Positions 1 through 9,424 of a stretch of 64,000 nt of DNA are shown piece by piece. Location: the NCBI GenBank assembly GCA_965221165.1, contig CBDCRP010000002.1:288001-352000 (forward strand), written 5' to 3'. Under the pieces are notes generated by a model, which saw only the letters and a program-made list of their open reading frames with translations, was not told the DNA's origin and searched no databases. A program made the translations under genes and the position numbers. Positions within the stretch are counted from its first letter, which is position 1; every line of letters begins with the position of its first letter. Source of the DNA: a bacterium. Lineage in GTDB: Bacteria; UBA8248.

Positions 1-1235
1 CAAGTCAACGGATTTCTCGAATCTCCCTTGGGATAATCTTGGTGCGCTTCAAAAACACCGCGATTAGTCTCGATTTTAACGTGCGCTTGCCATTTATCCG
101 GAAATTCTTTTTCCATTTCGGCATCACCAAAGCATTCGATCTTCTTGATAATAGAAGAGTGAACTTGAGACCGGAGAAAATCATCTGCATATTCATCAAG
201 CCCCGCGGCGCGTCTGAGAATGGCTACCGCTACGGCATACTGAAGGCTGAACTGCGCATCGACGATGTTTTGCGGGTTCATTTTCATGTCATAGGGTTCG
301 ATAACCACCATCACGCTGGTCTCGGGAACCCGGACTTCCACTCGTATAACTTCCTCAGGCTTAATGTCGTGTGCTTTGCAAATTTCAATCGTCGCGTCAA
401 TCGAGGCATGGTTATAACGGCAACAAGCGTAGGGTTTTATTGCGCTCTCACAAATTTCCCAATAATCGCCAAAATACTCCACCACATACTCGGACGTATA
501 GTCATCACTATGGCCATGCAAAAACCCCGTTTTCCCACCCAAAATATCTTCTGGCCCCGTATAACCCTCCTGGGCCAAATAAGCGGCGATTATACCGCTA
601 TGCGCCGCCCATCCTGGGTGAAACCTTTTCGTCCAAGCGCCGTTATCAAGATACTGCATCGAACCCGCCGCCTGGCTGCCCGCGATGCCCATCGCATTGG
701 CAGTGGCCTCGACTGAAAGCCCCAAAAGTTTCGATGCCGTAATTGCGGACGCAAAAGTGCCGCATGTGCCTGTGGGATGGAATCCGCGCTCATAGTGGCT
801 TGTTGGGTTTACTGCATTTCCTATCCGATTGGTCACTTCATAGCCCGCGACGATGGCGGCGATCACGCGTTTCGGATCAGGCTGATGCGCCTCGGCAACG
901 GCCAACGTACTGGGCATGACGCTGACTGCGGGATGCAGGCTTGAGCGTGTAGTCACATCATCCATTTCCGTAGCGTGGCTCACGCCGCCATTCACCAACG
1001 CGGCATGGGGGGCATCAGTTTTAAAATCCGAGCCTATGATGGTGCATTCGCCACCTCGGGGAGCACGCTTTTGAGCGAAATTGTGAAACACCCGAGAACT
1101 GGCCGACTCTACCGCTCTCAGGGTAACGCCCAAGTGATCGAGCAAAAAATATTTTGCGCGCTCTCTTGCCTCATCGGGCAGAGAGTCATATGTAATAGCG
1201 TGAACATGCTCCACAAGCATTTGGCTAATATTCAT
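1..1235 (-). CDS. MmgE/PrpD family protein (3' end runs off the window)
   Basis: Not in the ORF track because it has no stop in the window. Manual translation from ATG at 1235 (GGAG upstream) gives MNISQMLVEH...AALVNGGVSHATEMDD...LHP...GYE...GFHPTGTCG...GSQAAG...KRFHPGWAA...KPYACCRYNH, all typical MmgE/PrpD motifs. Confidence 0.9.
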   Translation of the reverse strand, partial: MNISQMLVEHVHAITYDSLPDEARERAKYFLLDHLGVTLRAVESASSRVFHNFAQKRAPRGGECTIIGSDFKTDAPHAALVNGGVSHATEMDDVTTRSSLHPAVSVMPSTLAVAEAHQPDPKRVIAAIVAGYEVTNRIGNAVNPTSHYERGFHPTGTCGTFASAITASKLLGLSVEATANAMGIAGSQAAGSMQYLDNGAWTKRFHPGWAAHSGIIAAYLAQEGYTGPEDILGGKTGFLHGHSDDYTSEYVVEYFGDYWEICESAIKPYACCRYNHASIDATIEICKAHDIKPEEVIRVEVRVPETSVMVVIEPYDMKMNPQNIVDAQFSLQYAVAVAILRRAAGLDEYADDFLRSQVHSSIIKKIECFGDAEMEKEFPDKWQAHVKIETNRGVFEAHQDYPKGDSRNPLT

Positions 1236-1464
1236 TCGAACTTCTCCTTCAACTAGAAGTCAGTTTGTGATTCCTAGATCCAAACCTCCAATTTCACAGG
1301 GCATTTTACAGCGCAAACATATACCAGAACTCGCACATATTGCGCTTCAGCGCAAGGATGAAGAGGTCACTCCTGCGTCTTGGAGAGGATGTGTTTGTCA
1401 TAAGATGCCGCTTGCAGATAGAATCTTCTATTACTTTCCTTATCCCCACAACGCTGGAGACAAA

Positions 1465-1809
1465 ATGACATCTTGCGTTTTTTGCAAAATCGTGGCGGGC
1501 GACATCCCCTGCAAGAAAGTATATGAAGATAACGATCTATTTGCTTTTGAAGATGTCAACCCGGCGGCACCTACACATGTTCTCATCATCCCGAAAAAAC
1601 ATATGGAGACGCTCCACGAAATACAGGATGCACATAAAGAATTGATTGGTTCCATATTCGTTGTGGCGAATGAAATCGCCCGGAAAAAGGGAATAGCGCA
1701 AGAGGGTTTCCGAATCGTCGCCAATTGCGGCGAAAACGGAGGTCAAACCGTCTTCCACATTCACTATCACCTCTTGGGCGGACGCCAGATGCAATGGCCG
1801 CCAGGCTAG
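1465..1809 (+). CDS. Histidine triad (HIT) nucleotide-binding protein
   Basis: MTSCVFCKI start with GGAG RBS, HIT motif HIHYHLL, C-terminal WPPG. Confidence 0.95.
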   Translation: MTSCVFCKIVAGDIPCKKVYEDNDLFAFEDVNPAAPTHVLIIPKKHMETLHEIQDAHKELIGSIFVVANEIARKKGIAQEGFRIVANCGENGGQTVFHIHYHLLGGRQMQWPPG

Positions 1810-1819
1810 AGACGGCATC

Positions 1820-2689
1820 GTGAGCGAAATTGTTTACCTGAACTACACGGCCGAGCAACTCGGTGCGCTTTACGATAACCAAAAACTCGTTCCAGAATAT
1901 CCGGATATAACGGCTGATTGGAAAACCAAGAGCGAAGCATATCGCAAAAACGCCCACGAAGCCGTACTCGACATCCCTTTTGGTCCTTCCGAGGTCGAAA
2001 AACTCGATTTATTCTTGCCGGATGTGAAAAATCCGCCCCTTCACGTCTTCATCCATGGGGGATATTGGCAATGGAACTACAAGGAGCCCTACAGCTTTCT
2101 GTCCAAATCCTTCAACGAAGCGGGAATCGCTTGCGCTATTATGAACTATGCTCTTTGCCCGGATGTGAGCATGGCCGAACTCATTCGGCAAGTCCGCGCA
2201 TCCATCGCTTTTCTGTGGCGTGAAGCCGTTTCATACGGCTACGATGCCGAGCGTATTCAAGTCTCGGGAAACTCGGCAGGCGGGCACCTCACCGCCATGA
2301 TGGCCGCCACCGATTGGCCGGCATTTGAAAAAGGACTTCCCGCCCAACTCATCAAAAGCGTCATCGCCATCAGCGGCTTGTATAATCTAGAGCCTTTCAG
2401 ACATTTTTACATTGGAGACCCCCTAAAGCTCACGCCTTCTGATGTCGCTTGGATGAGTCCGATTCATCTGACCTGCCAACCATCGGTCAAAACGATTCTC
2501 ACCTACGGGGGCAATGAGTCTTCAGAATTCAAAAGACAGGCGGAAACCCTGGGGGCAATATGGCGAGGTCAAGGCGTTGACCTGGAAGTTCTGGAAATTC
2601 CAGACAAAAATCATTTCACGATTCTCGCCGAACTTGCCGAGCCGGAGGGCGCCTTGTTCACTCTCGCTACAAAATTCCTGCTCTCATAG
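1820..2689 (+). CDS. Alpha/beta hydrolase, arylformamidase-like
   Basis: HGGYW oxyanion motif, GNSAGGHL nucleophile elbow, ISGLYNL, C-terminal NHF. Confidence 0.85.
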   Translation: MSEIVYLNYTAEQLGALYDNQKLVPEYPDITADWKTKSEAYRKNAHEAVLDIPFGPSEVEKLDLFLPDVKNPPLHVFIHGGYWQWNYKEPYSFLSKSFNEAGIACAIMNYALCPDVSMAELIRQVRASIAFLWREAVSYGYDAERIQVSGNSAGGHLTAMMAATDWPAFEKGLPAQLIKSVIAISGLYNLEPFRHFYIGDPLKLTPSDVAWMSPIHLTCQPSVKTILTYGGNESSEFKRQAETLGAIWRGQGVDLEVLEIPDKNHFTILAELAEPEGALFTLATKFLLS

Positions 2690-2692
2690 AAT

Positions 2693-3316
2693 CTACATCA
2701 CCCGGAAACGCCGCTCCATGGCGCGGCTCCATTTACTCGCGTGGTCATCATCAAACAAAATATCTTGATCCGCAGGAGCCGTGTACCAATCCCCGCGCCT
2801 CATCTCGCGTTCTAGTTGTCCAGCACCCCAGCCGGCATAGCCCACCATGATTATCATTTTCTTGGGCCGCCTGCCTTGAGCGATGGCACTGAGCGCCACA
2901 TCCACCGGGCTGAGCGCCACATTTTCTCCCAATTCATAGAGCACATCGAGCTCATACTCTCGCGTATGGAGCACGAAGCCGGAATCGGGCGAGACGGGCC
3001 CACCGTAGTGAATATCCACCACGCTCGTGTCTCGAGGAGCTTTTATGCCAAAATTCCTATAAAGTACTGCGAGCGGCATTTTCTCCACGACGCGGTTCAG
3101 TATCAGCCCGAATGCCCCCCTTTCGCTGTGTTTCACCAGAAAAATGACGCTCTGGCGAAACCGTCCGTCCGGCATCCCCGGGCGCGCGACCAATAGCTTG
3201 CCCTGGTGATAGCCAAACAGCGGGAGGTACGCCCCTTCCGGGTTCTTGTCCCGCTCCTGGGCGAACGCGGGCACGGCGAAAAACAACAACAGCGCAACGA
3301 GAAAGGTTCGCTTCAT
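2693..3316 (-). CDS. yqgE: YqgE/AlgH (DUF179) family protein with N-terminal signal-peptide-like extension
   Basis: GKLLVA..MPD.RF..SVI, GAFGLILNR, GGPV, GYAGWGAGQLERE...W motifs. Start placed at MKRTFLV. Confidence 0.85.
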   Translation of the reverse strand: MKRTFLVALLLFFAVPAFAQERDKNPEGAYLPLFGYHQGKLLVARPGMPDGRFRQSVIFLVKHSERGAFGLILNRVVEKMPLAVLYRNFGIKAPRDTSVVDIHYGGPVSPDSGFVLHTREYELDVLYELGENVALSPVDVALSAIAQGRRPKKMIIMVGYAGWGAGQLEREMRRGDWYTAPADQDILFDDDHASKWSRAMERRFRVM

Positions 3317-3317
3317 G

Positions 3318-4379
3318 CTAGGCCACCCAACCGCCGCCACAGAGCACGTCACCAGAGTAGAAAACAGCCGCCTGCCCCGGCGCCACGGCGCCTAGATATC
3401 CAGGGTCATCGGGCCTGACTTCGACGCTTCCATCATCTTTTATCGTCACGGCGCAGGCGGACGCGCGGCCGCGATGCCTCACCTGCACCTGCAAAGAAGT
3501 GGATTCGGGGGGAATCGACCAGCGTACGTCCCGGGCGAAGAAAACCTCGCGCGAGAGAGATTCGCGCTTGCCCACCACGACGGTGGCCGAATCCGATTCG
3601 AGTTCCACCACGTAGCGCGGCGGACCGCCTCCCAAGTCGAGACCCCGCCTTTGCCCCACGGTAAAATTGGTCACCCCCCCATGCCTGCCCAGTACGTTGC
3701 CCTCTAAATCCACGATATCTCCCGGCCTGTCGATGCCGGGCTTCTCCCGCCTCAGGAAAGCGCGGTAATCATCCTTAGGCACGAAGCAAATCTCCTGGCT
3801 TTCGGGTTTTTCCGAGGTGGCGAGGCCCAAGCCTCTCGCGTATTCCCTGGTTTGCTCTTTCGTGAATTCCCCCAGCGGGAAGGCCGTGCGCGCGAGTTGT
3901 GCCTGCGTCATGCCGAAGAGGAAATAGGTCTGGTCCTTTTCCCTGTCAAAGCTTCTCGCGACGCTCAGGCGGCCATCGAGCTCCACCCGCCTGGCGTAAT
4001 GGCCGGTGACGAGCAACTCCGCGCCGAACGCCATGGCGCGCTCGGCCAGATAGTCGAACTTCACCACCTGGTTGCACTTGACGCACGGCACGGGCGTTCT
4101 GCCGTTTTCATACTCGGTGATGAAATCGTCGATCACGCTCTCTTTGAAGGATTCGCGCACGTCCATCACGTAGAAGGGAATGTCGAGCTGGGCCGCCACC
4201 GCGCGCGCATCGGCCAGGTCGCGCGGCGCGCAACAGCCCCGGTGGAACGACTCCTGCTCGGGCCTGTCGGCGAGGCGCAGCCCCACGCCGATGGTCTCAT
4301 AACCCCCCTCGACCATCAGGGCCGCGGCCACCGAACTATCGACCCCGCCGCTCATCGCCACCACCACGCGCTGCGCCAT
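3318..4379 (-). CDS. mnmA: tRNA 2-thiouridine(34) synthase MnmA
   Basis: AMSGGVDSS PP-loop, GCC, PCVKCN (CxxC), TGHYAR, KDQTYFL, ESQEICF, TVGQRRG, APGQAAVFY. Confidence 0.97.
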   Translation of the reverse strand: MAQRVVVAMSGGVDSSVAAALMVEGGYETIGVGLRLADRPEQESFHRGCCAPRDLADARAVAAQLDIPFYVMDVRESFKESVIDDFITEYENGRTPVPCVKCNQVVKFDYLAERAMAFGAELLVTGHYARRVELDGRLSVARSFDREKDQTYFLFGMTQAQLARTAFPLGEFTKEQTREYARGLGLATSEKPESQEICFVPKDDYRAFLRREKPGIDRPGDIVDLEGNVLGRHGGVTNFTVGQRRGLDLGGGPPRYVVELESDSATVVVGKRESLSREVFFARDVRWSIPPESTSLQVQVRHRGRASACAVTIKDDGSVEVRPDDPGYLGAVAPGQAAVFYSGDVLCGGGWVA

Positions 4380-4542
4380 CACCGCCTCCAAAGGAGTCCA
4401 CCCAAAGTCGGGGCACTTTATACACCACCGGCTTCTTCCAAGGCCACAAGGCGAGCGGACACATGCGGAGAGGACGTCCGGGAGGGTCGGGACTCGAATC
4501 GTGTAAATGCGGGGAAATGCGCGGCGTAAAAAATTCTTTTTA

Positions 4543-4681
4543 TATCTGAAATATTCTACTTTATTACTTTATATATATTCTATAAACATATGAAATATAT
4601 AGTAATAACACTTTCTTATCACCCTATTTATTTTTCAGATATTTTCAGATATTTTTCCCTTTTTTCAGATATTTTCACATA
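4543..4681. repeat. AT-rich tract with 10-bp periodic TTTTCAGATA repeats and one inverted copy
   Basis: TTTTCAGATA at 4632, 4642 and 4662; TTTTCACATA at 4672; inverted TATCTGAAA at 4543. Confidence 0.75.
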
Positions 4682-4923
4682 TTCGAAATCGGGGGCTTTT
4701 ATCGCAATTCCAGGGGTTTTCATCGCTCCAACGCCTCTGTCTCCATCAAAGCGGCTCCAAAAGATTCTATTGCGCCACCGGGCGCGCCCGCATGAAAAAG
4801 GCTGCCGTTTTCTCCGGAGAAATTCTCGCGCATCCCCAGGCAGGCGGGATAGCGGCAGATGCGGGCAAATGCGTCACTCCTGCCGATTGATTTCGCCGGA
4901 ATGACGGGGGAGACCTCGAAAAA

Positions 4924-4976
4924 GTAGGGGCGGTTCGCGAATTGTGGGGCGACCCCGAGGAGGGGCCTGCCCCTAC
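4924..4976. repeat. REP-like palindromic element
   Basis: GTAGGGGC (4924) ... GCCCCTAC (4969) inverted ends. The internal GGGGCGACCCC...GCCCC segment resembles 9387-9415. Confidence 0.55.
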
Positions 4977-5041
4977 GGACTTTCGCTTTCATGAGCGCCT
5001 TGTGCAGGGCTTTCAGACTGGCTTTATGTATTTCTAGTAAC

Positions 5042-7507
5042 CTAGCCAGAGGCTGCGCGCGCTACTTTCCGTGCCTCATCACGGGGCATCGACGCGCCCA
5101 AGTCCAACCAGTGGATGACGTTGTAGTAGCGAAATTTATCTCCCCCGGCGTATTTATGAAGAGTCGACTTGATCTGCTTTTTCGAGAATGTCCGAACAAC
5201 CTTGATTGAGGCCGCCTTGCGAACATCTTCCGAATCACGATCCAAGAGCCGAAGCAAAGCATCCTGCGAGATTTTTGAGAACCTTGACTCTGCGCATTGC
5301 TCAATCGTTTTCTTCAAAATGCTTGCGGGCATTTCAAGAGCAAATAGCTTTGAAACCGAGTATCCGCGACCCATACGAAGCACAGCTTTCGCCACTTCGT
5401 CCTGGAAATCCCCATAATTCGCTAGTATTGACCCACCAAGGTTCGGAGCATCAGCATTCACAAGCAGTGGAATGTCTGCCCACTCTCCATGTTTTCCCAG
5501 GTACTCGGCATCCGCCTTGGATGTTCCTGAGTAACCACTCTGGAGATTCTCTCTGACTCTCGCCAAGTCTTCGCGTTTACCCGCTCTACAAAGAATGTCC
5601 AGTCCTTGTCTAGTGAGCTTCTTTCGGTGATAGTCCTCCAAGTCTTTGGTGGCGGAACTATCGCCAATGGCTATTTCCCAGCGCCGGATTCGCTCTTCGA
5701 AATATGCACTGAAGGTATCGCCAACGTCGCGGCGAAGCTCTTCGGCGTGTTTGGCGAAGTATCTTTCCACCCGTGCAAAGTAGGGAGCATCATCGAACAT
5801 GTGAGCGGCTTCAACTCTCCTAGTGAGTTCCGCCTCCGGGTACTTTTTTAGTTCCTCCAACTGGTAACGCGCAAAAAGTTCCTCACCCCTCTTATCCGAC
5901 ATTCCTCCCAAAAGACCATAGCTAGGATATTTCTGGGGTGGAACCAAGATTTTCTTAACTTCTTCTTGGGTCAATAGTCTGCCGAGTTTCAAAAGTGTCG
6001 CGATAGCCTCATTGCGTACCAAAGCGTCACTGTCCTCAAACAATCGCTCGGCCATCTCGTGATTGAACGAACCTCGCTTACTCAACACTTTTACTGCCCG
6101 CAGCCGGACCTGAGCATTACGGTGCTTCAGCCCAAGCAGCAGTGCTTCGGTCTCCAAATCCTCGAATCCATCCAGAACTGCTCGCAGCGTATCATCGCCC
6201 AGCGATTCGAACTGTGACTCAAGAACCAACTGTTGCGCCGAGTTCTCTTGGCCAGTCATAAGCAAAATTTCGATCATACACTTAAGTGTTTGACGGGATG
6301 TCTCATGATCGCTTCTTTCATATTCCTTCTTTACAACAGCAAAGTCATCCGCCGTTCCCTTTTTCGCGAGATACTCTAGAGCAGCAGATTTTACACGCGC
6401 CGATGAATCTTCCGAAAACCAATCATCTAAGACCCCCAGTCTCGTTATGAATTCACTATCCGTTGGAAGTTCACGCCCTAGTGCGGTAAACACATTAATC
6501 GCTCCAACCTTCTCATTTTCGTTGGCGCCTCTTAACGATGAGATAAGGGCTACGTCTAGCCGAGAATTTGACAGGCCGGAGTACCAACACCAAAGTGGCA
6601 CGTTCTCGTTCCTGAAATGCTGGAAACCCAACTTAGCTAAGCAATAGATTTCTCTCCTTCCTAGCGTCACACCTTCGGCGCACGCCGAGAAAAGGAGATT
6701 GATGTCGTGGACACCCAAATCCATCTCTTCATTACCTGATTTTGATACTGAATTCGCCAGCAAGCGAAACCGAGCGATTTCAGACGCATCGAGATCGTCC
6801 AACGCATTTTCTTGGCCGATTCTCTCAACGAAATTTTTGAGAAACGCAAATCCTTCATCCGAGAGAGGAGAGGATTTGGAAGGCGTCTCCTCGCTATCTG
6901 TTTCCTGAGGCCCGGGCTCCGTACGTTTTGCTCGATCTTCATCGCTTTCGGAAGATGCGTCTGCTGCCTTGATTCGTTGCACGTATTTTGTAATACATTT
7001 CCGTGCCAAATTTTCCATGTCCCGTACTGTAGAAAAGTTCTTAAAAAGAACCTTTTTCTCTTCCTCTATCTTTTCTCGAAACTCTAGAACTCTCTTGAGG
7101 TCTTCTCCGGGATCTGCCCTTAAGTCCTCAGAAATCTCCTTAAAATAGAGAGAAATTTCGGGAACCTCACTCCGACTCCGTTCGCGTCTGGCTAGTGACC
7201 GCTCGAACTCTTCTTCGAACCCCGAGGTGTATTCACCATCTTGACTCGGTGGTGTTCCCCATCTCTTCCAGATCATTCCTATGAAAAGAGCACACCGATC
7301 GACATCTTGGTTGATCAGATGCTGCGGCCTTCCAAATCCAGCGACAGTGTCTTCCCATCCATCCAATTCGAGTTGATAGCATAAATCATCTGCCCAAGAC
7401 TCGTTAAATTCAGCAACCACGTCGCGGACAGCTTTTCGCTCTTCTTGCAGATCGCCCGGAGAAGCAAGAAAAACACGGAGAATTTTTCGAGTATTAGCAC
7501 TAGACAT
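5042..7507 (-). CDS. DUF4062-like N-terminal domain fused to HEAT-like helical repeats
   Basis: N-terminus RVFLASPGDLQEER...GWED...PQHLIN...FIGMIWKRWGTP...SGFEEEF. C-terminal HEAT-like motifs (LKHRNAQVRLRAV, EDSDALVRNEAI, LLDRDSEDVRKAA). Visibly lower GC than the flanks. Confidence 0.8.
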   Translation of the reverse strand: MSSANTRKILRVFLASPGDLQEERKAVRDVVAEFNESWADDLCYQLELDGWEDTVAGFGRPQHLINQDVDRCALFIGMIWKRWGTPPSQDGEYTSGFEEEFERSLARRERSRSEVPEISLYFKEISEDLRADPGEDLKRVLEFREKIEEEKKVLFKNFSTVRDMENLARKCITKYVQRIKAADASSESDEDRAKRTEPGPQETDSEETPSKSSPLSDEGFAFLKNFVERIGQENALDDLDASEIARFRLLANSVSKSGNEEMDLGVHDINLLFSACAEGVTLGRREIYCLAKLGFQHFRNENVPLWCWYSGLSNSRLDVALISSLRGANENEKVGAINVFTALGRELPTDSEFITRLGVLDDWFSEDSSARVKSAALEYLAKKGTADDFAVVKKEYERSDHETSRQTLKCMIEILLMTGQENSAQQLVLESQFESLGDDTLRAVLDGFEDLETEALLLGLKHRNAQVRLRAVKVLSKRGSFNHEMAERLFEDSDALVRNEAIATLLKLGRLLTQEEVKKILVPPQKYPSYGLLGGMSDKRGEELFARYQLEELKKYPEAELTRRVEAAHMFDDAPYFARVERYFAKHAEELRRDVGDTFSAYFEERIRRWEIAIGDSSATKDLEDYHRKKLTRQGLDILCRAGKREDLARVRENLQSGYSGTSKADAEYLGKHGEWADIPLLVNADAPNLGGSILANYGDFQDEVAKAVLRMGRGYSVSKLFALEMPASILKKTIEQCAESRFSKISQDALLRLLDRDSEDVRKAASIKVVRTFSKKQIKSTLHKYAGGDKFRYYNVIHWLDLGASMPRDEARKVARAASG

Positions 7508-7964
7508 ACTTGGATACCGAAACTAGGTAGTTACAGGAACACGTCGTGAATACAGATAGTGAAAGTAACTCGCATCTCTTAGTGTAGGCGCGAGTAGTTG
7601 GTGGAGCGAGACAGAAGACGTTACCATTAGGTGAGAACGACTTGGGGACGATGTTCGACATGGTAATGAGTTGGTTTCCGTAGCAAGTCGGGCGATTCAA
7701 GAATTTCCAAACTGGGTAGCAAAGGTAACATAGTTCCTTTGCTATGAGGAAGCAGCGACAAACCAAAAGCCTACCCCCCATCCCCTACCCGCTCAGCTTT
7801 CGGTAGGTTCCCGTCCCCCGGAAAGGGGAATCGAGCTTCACGCCCTCTACAAGGGTTTTGCCTTTGGAATCTTTTGCGGCTGGGTCGGCGCCGGTGTCGA
7901 GGAGGGCTTCGTCTTTCGCCGCCGCATAGTGAAGCGAAGTGCGCTCCCCCCACCATTCCCGCCC

Positions 7965-9335
7965 CTATGACAGCATGGCGGTGAGGGGTATGAGGTCGTC
8001 CGCCTCATCGAGGCGCCACCAGGCGTCCCAGGCGGCGCGGGCCTTTTCATCGGAGAGGCCGGCGCATTCCAGAAACTTTTCCTTGAGTTCAATCTCGGTG
8101 AGTGGATTTTCGATGTGTCCGCGCGCGCGGGGGAAAAAGCGGGTGAGTTCGCGGCCGTCTTTCAGTTTCACCCATACCCCGGCCGCCTCGGTTTCGGGAT
8201 CCTCGCGCGCCATTTCCTCATCCAACTCGAACGCAACGCGCTTCTGTAAAGCGGCTATCTCGGGCCGCGCGACGCTCGCTTCCTCGAACTGGCGGATGCC
8301 GACCTTGCGGTCCACCAGGGCCGAGGCCAGACAAAACGGCATGGAGAATTTTCCTTCCAGGCTCGTGGTCGCCTCCTTGTAGCGCAGCACTTTCAGCGTC
8401 ATGGTCGATGCGCGCGCGCCCAGGGCCGCCACGTCGGTGACCGCGATGTCCTCGCTCGTCACCAGATCGAGCATGGCGTCGATTCCGGGATGCGTCATGG
8501 CGCAGCAAGGGTGGATTTTCACGCAAACGCCCTCTTCGATGTCCCAGGGCTGCCCCCAGGCGCCGACCGCGCTCTCCCAGTCCGCGAATTCATGCGCGGC
8601 GGGTCCGATGCCCTCCGCCGCCAGCGCCGCCGTGAAGCCTGTTTCCAGCGTATCCTCAGCCGCCGTGAAGCCGCCCTCGGCCAGCTTGGCGGCGACGAGA
8701 CCCGCCCGCGCGGACTGGCCCGCGTGAAAAGGCTTGGTCATCGTGCCGAAGTTCGAGACCAGCCCCGCCGAGCCGCTCGCGCCCAGGCTCAAGGCGTTTA
8801 CTGTCTGATCCTCATCCAGACCCAGGAGATACGCGCAGGCGCCCGCCACGCCGACCGAGCCGAGCGTGGCCGTGGCGTGAAAGCCCCGGCGGTAGTGTCT
8901 GGGGTTCACCGCGCGGCCCATGACGTGTAAAAGCTCGAAACCGATGGTGTAGGCTTCGAGAACCTTGGAACCCCCGATTCCCCTCTCTTCCGCCAGCGCG
9001 ATGAGCGCAGGCACGAGAGTGACGCTCGGGTGGCCCAGCATCACGAAATCCACGTCGTCGTAATCGAGCGCATGGCCCGCCGTGCCGTTCACGAAGGCGG
9101 CCCAGGAGGCGCTCGTCCGCTCGGTAGAGCCGATGATGCGGGCGACGGGAGCGCCGCCTTCCGAGACCGCCAGCCGATGCGCCAGCCGCGCGCAATCATC
9201 TCCCCGGCCCGCCAGAATCACGCCCAAAGTGTCGAGCACGGCGTTTCTCGCCTGCGCGCGCGCGGCAGCGCCGATGTCGGAGGAACGGGCCGCCGCGATT
9301 CTCTTCGCCAGTTCTCTGGTGGCCGGGTAGGTCAT
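7965..9335 (-). CDS. MmgE/PrpD family protein
   Basis: AAFVNGTAGHALDYDD, GHPS, GFHATATLG, TMTKPFHAG, KIHPCCAMTH, KFSMPF. Start placed at MTYPATR. Confidence 0.92.
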   Translation of the reverse strand: MTYPATRELAKRIAAARSSDIGAAARAQARNAVLDTLGVILAGRGDDCARLAHRLAVSEGGAPVARIIGSTERTSASWAAFVNGTAGHALDYDDVDFVMLGHPSVTLVPALIALAEERGIGGSKVLEAYTIGFELLHVMGRAVNPRHYRRGFHATATLGSVGVAGACAYLLGLDEDQTVNALSLGASGSAGLVSNFGTMTKPFHAGQSARAGLVAAKLAEGGFTAAEDTLETGFTAALAAEGIGPAAHEFADWESAVGAWGQPWDIEEGVCVKIHPCCAMTHPGIDAMLDLVTSEDIAVTDVAALGARASTMTLKVLRYKEATTSLEGKFSMPFCLASALVDRKVGIRQFEEASVARPEIAALQKRVAFELDEEMAREDPETEAAGVWVKLKDGRELTRFFPRARGHIENPLTEIELKEKFLECAGLSDEKARAAWDAWWRLDEADDLIPLTAMLS

Positions 9336-9386
9336 GGAGGAAATCTCCTTGCGTGCGGGTGAACCCCGAGATGCAAACAAATACAT

Positions 9387-9415
9387 AGGGGCGACCCCCG
9401 AAGAGGGCCGCCCCC
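9387..9415 (-). terminator. GC-rich hairpin after leuA (terminator or REP-like)
   Basis: Minus strand GGGGGCGGCCC-TCTTCG-GGGGTCGCCCCT followed by ATGTATTTGTTT. Confidence 0.45.
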
Positions 9416-9424
9416 GATTTTACG

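Noticed and set aside
39-716. 225-aa plus-strand ORF
   Set aside because: Antisense shadow of the minus-strand MmgE/PrpD gene (1-1235), which has clear family motifs.
4632-4681. CRISPR array
   Set aside because: 10-bp units without spacers; no cas genes in the window.
7508-7770. Integron attC site or retron msr-msd
   Set aside because: No RYYYAAC/GTTRRRY box pairing identified, and no integrase or reverse transcriptase in the window.
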